Below are positions 19,296 through 27,630 of a DNA stretch of 64,000 bases, piece by piece. Below the pieces are notes generated by a model that did not search any database, had not been told where the DNA came from, and was given only the letters and a program-made list of their open reading frames with translations. A program made the translations under genes and the position numbers. Source of the stretch: an uncultured Thermodesulfobacteriota bacterium (GTDB taxonomy: Bacteria; Desulfobacterota; WTBG01; CAIYCZ01; CAIRTM01); the NCBI GenBank assembly GCA_964387595.1, contig CAYLYF010000004.1, positions 2,139 to 66,138 of the forward strand. The letters are read 5' to 3'. Position 1 is the first letter of the stretch; each line of letters begins with the position of its first letter.

Positions 19296-21278
19296 ATGAG
19301 ACGAAAAGCTTTAAATCAATTTACGGATTTTGTAATGGCAGTTCTGGGCCTGCTCTGTCTGCTTGGCAGTCAGTCGGCTTTTGCTCAGGGTGTAATTGTG
19401 ACAGAAGACCAGACAATTGCAGACAAGTTTACACGGCATACGGTAACTGGTATTACTACACCGCAGCCTGTACTGCCTGACGTTCCCGGATTTATTGGCG
19501 CATCATATATAACTATTGAGGATATCGATGAGAATGGAATATTGGATATTATATCCACCTCGGGAATGGGTCTTGATTCTAATCCAATGACTGCTGACGG
19601 GTCGATCGCTCTTTTTACCTGGGACGGCAGTAACAAGGATGTCTGGGTACAGACAATTATTGAAGATACTTTTTATTTTCCCAATGAAACAATTGTGAAA
19701 GATCTGGATGGAGACGGATATCTTGACATCATTATCATGGACAAGTTTATTTTCGGGGACTTTCCGGGTGGAATTTATTGTCTTAAAAATGGTGGCGGAA
19801 CCATTACCGATCCTTCTAACTGGACACGTGAAACAGTTTTCGAAGATTTATCTCTTGATTCTACACACAGTTATCATCGGGCTCAATTCATTGACCTTGA
19901 TAATGATAACTACGATGATATCGTGACAACGAACTGGGACGGCTGGATTGGCTGGCTGAAAAATAACGGAGATGGAACCTATAATAACGGCACTACCGGG
20001 TATAATAAACATGATATCGGAATCGGGGGTGGTTCTCTTTTTATAATGTATGATGTGGACGAGGATGGCGATCTGGATTTAATCGCTCCTCAGTTTCTTA
20101 TTACAGCAGGGATGATGAGTTGTGAAATTTTAGGCGGGCCATCAGGTACTGACCCGCTAGGTGATTCTCTGGTCTGGTTTGAAAATCCCGGTCTGCTTGC
20201 GCTTGCATCAAATCCTGATGTTCTGTGGAACCGCTATACAATAGATAACTGGTATACTTCTATCAATCCCCTAGGTAAGACAATGGAGATTATGGTTTCA
20301 GATATTGACAATGACGGTACCGATGAGCTGGTGGTCAGTAACCACAACCATCAGAACAGTGATGCAAATGGCAATAGAGTCTGGCCTTCCGGAATATACT
20401 TTCTGGAGATTCCAGGTCTGGGCGGTAACTCCGGCAGTCCGGTAGTTTCTGCTGACTGGGTACCCGTAGCCATTGAGACCGGTGATCCGGATTTAGTAAG
20501 AACGATCAATCCTTCAACCGGCAATTATTATCAGCCGTATGAAGATCCGGCTGTTATTAATGATGTTTATGCATCTGATAGAAGGGGCAGCTTCTATGAT
20601 CAGGGCTCTCCCGGTATGGTTCGTGCCGGTGATATTAATGACGATGATAAAAATGATATTGTAGTTCCCGGAGATGGAAAAGGTGTTGTGTATTATTATG
20701 AAGCCGGTGAAAAGGACGGCGCTAACTTGACTTTTAAAAGGGCTACTCTGTATCAGGATCTTCAGTCCATGCCGGGTGAAGCGGAAATTGTTGATATTGA
20801 CAAAGATGGTGATATGGATATTGTTTCTGTAATTTTTGACACAAGCGTTTCAAAGCTGTATCCGTACACCTCAAGTTCTATTTTTGTTTTTGCACAGAGT
20901 TCACCTTCGGACGGGGATGGTGATGGTGTTCCTGATTCGAATGATAACTGTCCGGATGCAGCCAACCCCGGCCAGGAAGATGCAGATAGTGATGGTGCCG
21001 GTGATGTTTGTGATGCGGATACAATTTATGGAACTATCAGTGGAGATATTCAGGAAGGAGTTACTGTACAGGTTGGTATAGTTAGTTGTGGTATTACTGT
21101 TGTGGTAATTTCGACAGAAACAAATGTAAATGGGTACTATTCATTCGGTGGTTTGGAAGAGGGCCTATACCTCCTTTGGGCTAGCGCTGCTGATTATAGT
21201 TTTGTTCCTACATTTAGCTGGCCGCGTATTCCGCAGGCAGTTATTCAGTCTTATGATTTTATTTCAAGCAATAACTGA
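19296..21278 (+). CDS. secreted FG-GAP / VCBS-repeat protein with a thrombospondin type-3 calcium-binding repeat and a CarboxypepD_reg-like C-terminal domain
   Basis: It has a signal peptide and repeated DxDxDG motifs (DIDENGILDI, DLDGDGYLDI, DVDEDGDLDL). There is an exact TSP3 signature (DGDGDGVPDSNDNCPDAANPGQEDADSDGAGDVCD). The C-terminal beta-sandwich reads VGIVSCGITVVVISTETNVNGYYSF. Confidence 0.65.
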   Translation: MRRKALNQFTDFVMAVLGLLCLLGSQSAFAQGVIVTEDQTIADKFTRHTVTGITTPQPVLPDVPGFIGASYITIEDIDENGILDIISTSGMGLDSNPMTADGSIALFTWDGSNKDVWVQTIIEDTFYFPNETIVKDLDGDGYLDIIIMDKFIFGDFPGGIYCLKNGGGTITDPSNWTRETVFEDLSLDSTHSYHRAQFIDLDNDNYDDIVTTNWDGWIGWLKNNGDGTYNNGTTGYNKHDIGIGGGSLFIMYDVDEDGDLDLIAPQFLITAGMMSCEILGGPSGTDPLGDSLVWFENPGLLALASNPDVLWNRYTIDNWYTSINPLGKTMEIMVSDIDNDGTDELVVSNHNHQNSDANGNRVWPSGIYFLEIPGLGGNSGSPVVSADWVPVAIETGDPDLVRTINPSTGNYYQPYEDPAVINDVYASDRRGSFYDQGSPGMVRAGDINDDDKNDIVVPGDGKGVVYYYEAGEKDGANLTFKRATLYQDLQSMPGEAEIVDIDKDGDMDIVSVIFDTSVSKLYPYTSSSIFVFAQSSPSDGDGDGVPDSNDNCPDAANPGQEDADSDGAGDVCDADTIYGTISGDIQEGVTVQVGIVSCGITVVVISTETNVNGYYSFGGLEEGLYLLWASAADYSFVPTFSWPRIPQAVIQSYDFISSNN

Positions 21279-21303
21279 AGAAGTTTAGACTTGATATTTT
21301 TTT

Positions 21304-21340
21304 AAAAAAGGCAGGGTTTTTCCCTGCCTAGCTTTCTTTT
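21304..21340 (+). terminator. rho-independent terminator (GGCAGGG-TTTTT-CCCTGCC followed by a T-rich tract)
   Basis: A hairpin plus U-run lying 26 nt after the stop of the FG-GAP gene. Confidence 0.6.
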
Positions 21341-21692
21341 TCAATTTGAGATGAAGGCCGCAGGGCGGGATGAAGAAAATATACAAAAAAAGGGTTTAAT
21401 TCCTGAAGGACAGAAAGACAGAAGCCTTGAAATGATTCCCAAAAAGTTTAACTGGCCAAAAATAACTCCTGATAAAATGATATTGCTTGATGTGAAACCA
21501 GGGGCATATCCTCTTCAAAAGATATGGGAACCGGGCTCTGCAACTATTCGAAATTATGCCGGATGATCGAACTGAAATGCATGTTCTAGCCTCTGATAAA
21601 ACACCGGACTCTCTGGGCGAAGATTTTAAATGGGAAACGAACCGATTTTATAAAAAACCCCAGTCGCTATATCTTGAAAGAAGGAGATAATA

Positions 21693-22502
21693 ATGTTTGT
21701 CGTAATTGTTAAATATACTTTTCTGGTTCTGATGTCTATCATTTTACTTGCTGTTCTGGCGGCAATACCCTTTAGGATCAAAGCCCGGAAAGAGGGGGAT
21801 CGGCTTTATTCCCGGTATGAATCCTATACCAATGAAGTTCTGGCGCAGCGTTTCGAATTGCATGAATTTTCAGTTAAAGCGGAATACAGAAAACTTCATC
21901 CTGCCAAATTTTTAAAGACCATGAAATTTCTGGTAATCAGCCGGCAAAGTGATCGTCTTGCCCGGATTAATTCTCTGGATGCCACCCTGTTTTATTTTAT
22001 AAAAATGTATACCCTGATGCTCCGGCCTGATTATGCCTACAATCTGCCGGTCCTTTCCATTGATTTCATTTTTATCGGCGGAAAGCGGGTCTATGTTATT
22101 GAAATAATTGATCCGGCCAGGATCGATGATTCCAACAAGGAGCGATACTATGCAGAGATGAAAAAATGGATGCCGCAGGTTGCAAAATTCAAACAATCCA
22201 AAGTCAGTGACTGGTTTTTTGACTATATTACGGATTTTAGCATCCATATCTCTGCTGATCGTGCTGATGATGAGTTGCTGTTTGAGATTTACAAAACCTA
22301 TCTGAATGCTTATCTGGACATGGCTGAACATGCAGAAAAAGTCAGCCCTGAACAGAGCCAAAAGCTTAAAGCGGGTCTGGAGAAATTTGTCACGACTCTA
22401 CTTGACAAGGGCGGTCCGGCTGTAAATGTGTTTGAGAAATTTATGGGGCCTGAAAAACAGCGGGAATATATACGGACGGTTATGTTTGGTCTTGAGAAAT
22501 AA
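21693..22502 (+). CDS. ferredoxin-dependent bilin reductase (FDBR, Fe_bilin_red)-like protein with an N-terminal transmembrane helix (putative)
   Basis: RPDYAYNLPVLSIDFIFIGGKRVYVIEIIDP aligns with the FDBR core block (PebA [32 protein letters not shown]). The C-terminal VFEKFMGPEKQREYIRTVMF resembles the FDBR C-terminal F..FG..W/E....F motif. Confidence 0.4.
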   Translation: MFVVIVKYTFLVLMSIILLAVLAAIPFRIKARKEGDRLYSRYESYTNEVLAQRFELHEFSVKAEYRKLHPAKFLKTMKFLVISRQSDRLARINSLDATLFYFIKMYTLMLRPDYAYNLPVLSIDFIFIGGKRVYVIEIIDPARIDDSNKERYYAEMKKWMPQVAKFKQSKVSDWFFDYITDFSIHISADRADDELLFEIYKTYLNAYLDMAEHAEKVSPEQSQKLKAGLEKFVTTLLDKGGPAVNVFEKFMGPEKQREYIRTVMFGLEK

Positions 22503-22644
22503 CCGAAGTTAAGGAACTTGTCTGTGAGTAATCAGGTTTTTGTATCATTGAATAATAATGCATGGATTGGGAAAGTGTTGAAGTTTTGTGCTTTCTTTGT
22601 TTGTACTATAAACAGTTTTTATAAATAGCTTGGAGGAATAAAAC

Positions 22645-23916
22645 ATGAACTACGATATTGCAATTGTTGGCGCAGGGCCGGCAGGGCTGATGGCAGCCAA
22701 AAGAGCTTCGGAACAGGGATTGAAAGTGGTCCTGATTGAAAAAAGAAAAGATATCTCAAAAATTACCCGGGCCTGCTGTCAGTTTTTTATTATGGATGAG
22801 GACTTCCAGGGAGAGACCATCCGGATCGAAGATAACAGCGTTGTTTTTAACCAAAACAAATTTGAAGTGGCCTACAGCGGCCCGCTTCTGTCCGTGACAG
22901 ATAAATACTTTATTTCACCCGGGGGGCATAAAATTCATTTTGCCCATGAGGATAAAAAACCACTGGTAATCAAGTTTGATAAGGGGCAGTTGCTGCATGG
23001 CCTGCTGGAGGACTGTGTGCGCCTGGGGGTTGAATTTTTAAATGCATCGAAAATAAAAAGTATTGAAGACCGTGACGATAAAATATCTATAAGTTTAACC
23101 CGGGGGAATGGTGAAGAAAAACTTACAGCCAAAAAACTGGTGATTGCAGACGGGGTGAATACGCCTGCAGCCGAGATGCTGGGACTCAACAGCGGCAGAG
23201 CTCTTTTTACAAAAGTGCTGGTAACCGTATCCACTCTGGAAGGGGTAAAGAATTTTGAGCCGGCCACCCTGAAAAGTTATATGGGAGCCGCCTACCGTTC
23301 TTTTGCGCCTGTAATCATGGGCCCTGCTTTTGGTAGTGATGACATGCGGTATCTGGTGCTGATCGGGACTAAGGAGCGAAGGCCGGAAAAACTGTTTGAA
23401 GAAATTACCATGAATAGCCCGCTTAAACCCATGTTTGAAAATGCCCGGATTGTAAAAAAGGCCGCCTGTACGGCAACCGCCTACAGTTCAATGAAGGTCC
23501 CTCATCGTGGAAATGTTCTGGTGATCGGAGATGCGGCTGCATATGTTGAAGTGGAGACTCAGGGAGCGCTGACCTGCGGTTATCGGGCAGCAGATGCGGT
23601 TTTTGATGAGATTGAGAATAAAAAAGGATTTGAAGCGTATACAAAATGGTGGCAGGACTCCTTTGAGTTCAACGGGGATGATTACCTGCAGGTAGCGCAG
23701 GGGTTTGCTCTTGTGCCGACTTATACGGATGACGAGCTTGACTATCTTTTCGCGCTGATTGAAGGGGAAAGACTGGAAGGGACGTATAACCAGTACAAAT
23801 CACCGAAAGTGATGTGGGGAGCAATACTTAAGCATCGTGAAAGAATTTCACTTGAACGTCCGGCACTTATCAAGAAAATAGACAGTAGAAAACTGTTGCT
23901 TTCGGATTCTTTGTGA
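22645..23916 (+). CDS. FAD-dependent oxidoreductase, geranylgeranyl-reductase-like (paralog of 9248-10576)
   Basis: MNYDIAIVGAGPAGLMAAKRASEQGLKVVLIEKRKDISKITR. It is co-linear with its paralog along the whole length. Confidence 0.7.
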   Translation: MNYDIAIVGAGPAGLMAAKRASEQGLKVVLIEKRKDISKITRACCQFFIMDEDFQGETIRIEDNSVVFNQNKFEVAYSGPLLSVTDKYFISPGGHKIHFAHEDKKPLVIKFDKGQLLHGLLEDCVRLGVEFLNASKIKSIEDRDDKISISLTRGNGEEKLTAKKLVIADGVNTPAAEMLGLNSGRALFTKVLVTVSTLEGVKNFEPATLKSYMGAAYRSFAPVIMGPAFGSDDMRYLVLIGTKERRPEKLFEEITMNSPLKPMFENARIVKKAACTATAYSSMKVPHRGNVLVIGDAAAYVEVETQGALTCGYRAADAVFDEIENKKGFEAYTKWWQDSFEFNGDDYLQVAQGFALVPTYTDDELDYLFALIEGERLEGTYNQYKSPKVMWGAILKHRERISLERPALIKKIDSRKLLLSDSL

Positions 23917-24156
23917 AACATGTCGGATTTTCAGATAAATAAAAAATCTGTCAGACATTGAACTTATTATTTGATGAGCTGTGAAGATGTAAATACCGTT
24001 TGCCGATAGCGGATTAGAATAAAACTGCTTAATCATAATTGACGGTATCTGCACAGGTTTTTATTTTTGATTTTTTAGATTAACTCGTAATCCATATGGA
24101 ATAATATATAAAGGAAGTAAGATAATTAAGAAAAACAAAAAGAATCAAAAAAATAG

Positions 24157-24168
24157 TTGACTTGTCAA
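24157..24168. promoter_or_regulatory. Palindromic box TTGACTTGTCAA (MarR-type operator candidate). It overlaps a -35 element, with -10 TATGTT 16 nt downstream.
   Basis: One of four TTGAC-N2-GTCAA sites. The others are at 24281, 33188 and 33444. Confidence 0.45.
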
Positions 24169-24280
24169 TTGAGAGTGCTATGTTTTATTCAAGAATCAAA
24201 AACTTGGTTTAAATACCTGAATTTTAAATAAATAAAAAGGGCAAATAATTAATTAAAGCAAGGAAATTCAAAACATATAG

Positions 24281-24292
24281 TTGACATGTCAA
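24281..24292. promoter_or_regulatory. Palindromic box TTGACATGTCAA, within a tandem duplicate of the promoter/operator unit
   Basis: The 24141-24200 and 24263-24330 units share ATAGTTGACNTGTCAATTG ... TTTTATTCA. Confidence 0.45.
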
Positions 24293-24541
24293 TTGTATAT
24301 TAGTCTTTTATTCAGTGAATTTTATGTTTTTATTTGAGCGCTTCCCGGGCAACTGCAGACTCAGACCTGTGATTATTTTAAATAACAAAATCCTGAATAT
24401 ATCTATTTGTCAGAGAGGCGGCGCTGAGTTGTCTTTCCGATGATCGGCATTGGTGTTTCCGAATCTCTTTAAAAGAATGATCCTTGCGGATCAATAAGCC
24501 TCTGATGAGCAGAGAGGAAAGGGAGTAAAGTTTATAAAAGA

Positions 24542-24655
24542 AAAAGGTATTGGAGGAAATGGAAATTTTCTCATTACGGACCCCCTCCAAATAAGAAAAA
24601 ACCTGTTTCCTCTATGCCTTTTGATTTAATCGTAAGGAGGTTGTTTTGAAAATAA
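24542..24655 (+). promoter_or_regulatory. Conserved ~110-nt leader element, copy B (TTGGAGG ... CCCCCTCCAA ... TAAGGAGGTTGTTTTG)
   Basis: It matches copy A. The homology extends upstream (24484-24541 versus 10563-10620) into what is the 3' end of the GG-reductase-like gene in copy A. Confidence 0.6.
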
Positions 24656-24699
24656 ATTGTTTTTCATTATATAACATAATCTTTGAGAAAGGAGGAGGC

Positions 24700-26268
24700 A
24701 TGAAAAACAAATTTAAGCAAAAAGGAGGAGTCTTCTTTTTGGCAGCACTTGTTTTTTTTGGGCTATGCGGAAAGGCCGGGGCGACAATTTCTCTGTATGA
24801 CGGAAAGCTGATATTAAGTGGTTTTGCCAAAGAAACAGTGTATGTGCGAACCGACCAGTCAAAACGTGAGCAGGAGTACAGGGATACGGCACTGGATTTG
24901 GCTAAAACGAGTCTCTACATTGAAGCACTGTATACCCTCAGAGAGTGCCCTGATCTGACGGTGCGAATGTTTACAAGCGTTAAGTGGTGGTATGAGTCAA
25001 CTTCAGGTTTTCTGGATGACAATCAGAGACGACACATTCTCCACCGACACCGTAAGCAATATACTTCGCCCCGAAAATTTGATGATGATATTTTAACGGA
25101 AGCTTATGTTGATATTATTAAAGGACCCTTTCAAGTCCGTCTGGGCAAGCAGATCGTTATCTGGGGTCAGCTGGATGTAGATAAAGTTGCCGATGTGGTT
25201 AACCCGATTGATTTCCGCTGGAATGTGCCGGGGATTGATGCCTGGGAAGAAATAAAAAAGGGACTGTGGATGGTTCGTATGTTCTACCAGACTGATTTGC
25301 CCGGAAATATACTTTTAGAAGGTATTTTTAACCCGGGATACTTTCAGGAGTTCCGGCTTCCCTATGATGGAACACACTGGGGGGTTCCCTATGACGAGCC
25401 TTTTGGCGCTTCAGGTATGACGATATTTGGATGGCAGCAGGAGAAGATGCACCGGGATGCCCGAAGATGGAGTCTGAGCGAAAACTATGAGTGGGGATTC
25501 AGGATCCGGGGGTATTCTCTGGGTATTGACTGGACTTTGCTTTTTTGGAATGCCCCTTCAGACAGTCCGACAGCTGATCCCCGGCGCCTGGGTGATTTCA
25601 GTATGCAGTATGTGTCGGGTGCTTTAGGCGCTGCGATCTTCGGAGGGTCTATCAATCCGGGCAACTGGCCGGAATACAAGGTGTACCGGTATAAACGGCT
25701 TCAGACCTTCGGCGGTACGGCCCAGTACTGTGCCGATTGGCTTCATGGCTCGATCTGGCGTCTGGAATGGTTTTACAACAAAGGGCAGCCCTTTAACCGG
25801 GGAGGAAGGGGAAGTGTTTCTGATATAGATGGCTGGACACGCCGAGATACCTATGGATTTGCAGTCTCCTGCTCTGACAAGTTCCGCCTTCCGGGTGTGA
25901 GCAACACTATCGGGCGGGGTAAGATGCTTGATGTGACGTTGACCTTTTTCTGGGATAAAATCAGGGATAACAACCATGATCTTTATAAAAGTGCCTTGAA
26001 TCACCGGCCCGGTGATTCAACGACTGAAGGGTTTTCAATTTTTCTCATGCAGATGATGTTCAGCGGAGAGTGGACTTTTACTTTTATCGGAAATTACAAG
26101 CCTCGCATCAACAAATATTTCGGCTGTCCGACTATGACCTATTCCTTTTCGGGAAGCCACTGGTATATGGATATAGGCTATAAATTTTACGGTGCAAGGC
26201 ACGGTTATAATTACGGTTCTTATCATGATAAAGATGCGGTCATATTCCGGCTGCGTTATGAATTCTAG
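24700..26268 (+). CDS. DUF1302 family outer-membrane protein (paralog 2)
   Basis: The likely start is at ATG 24700, after GGAGGAGG (MKNKFKQKGGVFFLAALVFFGLCGKAGA signal peptide). The ORF-track start at TTG 24646 lies inside the leader element. Confidence 0.6.
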   Translation: MKNKFKQKGGVFFLAALVFFGLCGKAGATISLYDGKLILSGFAKETVYVRTDQSKREQEYRDTALDLAKTSLYIEALYTLRECPDLTVRMFTSVKWWYESTSGFLDDNQRRHILHRHRKQYTSPRKFDDDILTEAYVDIIKGPFQVRLGKQIVIWGQLDVDKVADVVNPIDFRWNVPGIDAWEEIKKGLWMVRMFYQTDLPGNILLEGIFNPGYFQEFRLPYDGTHWGVPYDEPFGASGMTIFGWQQEKMHRDARRWSLSENYEWGFRIRGYSLGIDWTLLFWNAPSDSPTADPRRLGDFSMQYVSGALGAAIFGGSINPGNWPEYKVYRYKRLQTFGGTAQYCADWLHGSIWRLEWFYNKGQPFNRGGRGSVSDIDGWTRRDTYGFAVSCSDKFRLPGVSNTIGRGKMLDVTLTFFWDKIRDNNHDLYKSALNHRPGDSTTEGFSIFLMQMMFSGEWTFTFIGNYKPRINKYFGCPTMTYSFSGSHWYMDIGYKFYGARHGYNYGSYHDKDAVIFRLRYEF

Positions 26269-26291
26269 AATTAGGAAGGAGAGATTATTTT

Positions 26292-27560
26292 ATGAAAGTA
26301 ATAAATCACAAATTATGGCTTAACGGGCTGGCTGTATGGGCAGTATTATGGGCAGGTATTGTTTCAGCGGCGGAAATTGATTATCCGGTTGCAGCTTATT
26401 TCGGAGAGGAGCTTGCAAAGGTCAGGGCCTGGGAAAAAACATGGGCCGGCAAAAAGATCGACGGAAGCAATATTGATCAGGTTGCCGAGTTTTTGCCCGA
26501 ATCATTTGCCGGGATGTATAAAGAACCGGAAAAGTGGGCAGCTCCAGAAGAAGGTCTTTTTTTTAATATTGTTCCTTATCAGCGGGTTATGGACACTCAG
26601 GGCATGATTGATGCGACCCAAAAAAATGCGCCACTTGTTAAGACCAATGATGACGGAACCATAGTGAATTATGCGGGGCTGGCCGGGATCCCTTATCCGA
26701 CACCGAAAACAGGACTTGAAATTGCCTGGAACTTTGATTCTACCAATCATGGAGACAGCGCGCATTACAAACGGAATTCTCCCAATATTAACCCGAAAAC
26801 CCGGTCGGAGCGGTTTGGCGATCAGGAGCAATGGGAACTGTATTTTGTTCACCGTACAGAACTTGATCCTAAACCCCAAATTCCAAAGAACCCGAAGGGG
26901 TATCATCGCGGAACTTTTATCCATATGTGGGGTCCGCCGGAGTTCATGAATACGCGTTATTTCTCGATGCGGTTTATAGATCCGAAAAAAGATGATTCCA
27001 TGTATATGTGGTACCAGGCCTTTCGGCGCATCCGGAGAATGTCCACAAAACAACGTTCAGACGCGGTTGATGGAACAGACCTTATTTATGATGATGAGTT
27101 CTTTTGGGATGGTCATATTATGCGCAACACCTATGAATTTAAAGGCACCAGAGAACTGCTCTGCTCTCGTCATCAGGATATGAAAAAAGTAAGCCGCGCA
27201 ACCGGTCAGATTGTGCCCAATAACCTGGATCTGGAGCGGACAAAGCTGCTGGTTGTTGAAGTCATAAATAAAGACGCTAATTATATATATGGAAAGCGGG
27301 TCTGGTATGTGTGCCCGGAGACCTACATTATTCGCTGGACGGATATATATGATGAAAAGGGACGTTTCTGGAAGACCTTTGCCATGTTTACAAATGATGT
27401 AAAAACAAAAACCGGCGCTGTTAAAAATTTTATAGTGGGGTATTCGCTTATAGATTTTCAGCGAACTCACGGCGGGTATAATATCCAGGATATCCAGGGT
27501 ATCAGTATTGATGTGAACCCGAAAATTTTTACGATCAGTAATCTGCAGAGAACGTATTAG
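26292..27560 (+). CDS. DUF1329 family protein (paralog 2)
   Basis: It has a signal peptide and is co-linear with 17985-19265. Confidence 0.65.
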   Translation: MKVINHKLWLNGLAVWAVLWAGIVSAAEIDYPVAAYFGEELAKVRAWEKTWAGKKIDGSNIDQVAEFLPESFAGMYKEPEKWAAPEEGLFFNIVPYQRVMDTQGMIDATQKNAPLVKTNDDGTIVNYAGLAGIPYPTPKTGLEIAWNFDSTNHGDSAHYKRNSPNINPKTRSERFGDQEQWELYFVHRTELDPKPQIPKNPKGYHRGTFIHMWGPPEFMNTRYFSMRFIDPKKDDSMYMWYQAFRRIRRMSTKQRSDAVDGTDLIYDDEFFWDGHIMRNTYEFKGTRELLCSRHQDMKKVSRATGQIVPNNLDLERTKLLVVEVINKDANYIYGKRVWYVCPETYIIRWTDIYDEKGRFWKTFAMFTNDVKTKTGAVKNFIVGYSLIDFQRTHGGYNIQDIQGISIDVNPKIFTISNLQRTY

Positions 27561-27630
27561 TAATCAATTTCAATTAAAAATCGTTTTTATGGCTTTTTTA
27601 AATTGAAATTGATTCAGGAGGAAATGAAGT

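Noticed and set aside
21351-21566. 71-aa ORF between the terminator and the FDBR-like gene
   Set aside because: It has no RBS and a low-complexity, Lys/Pro-rich product. It sits right after a terminator and is probably non-coding.
24378-24830. Minus-strand ORFs of 70 and 72 aa
   Set aside because: They lie inside the conserved leader element and the 5' end of DUF1302-2. The element is better explained as a cis-regulatory leader on the plus strand.
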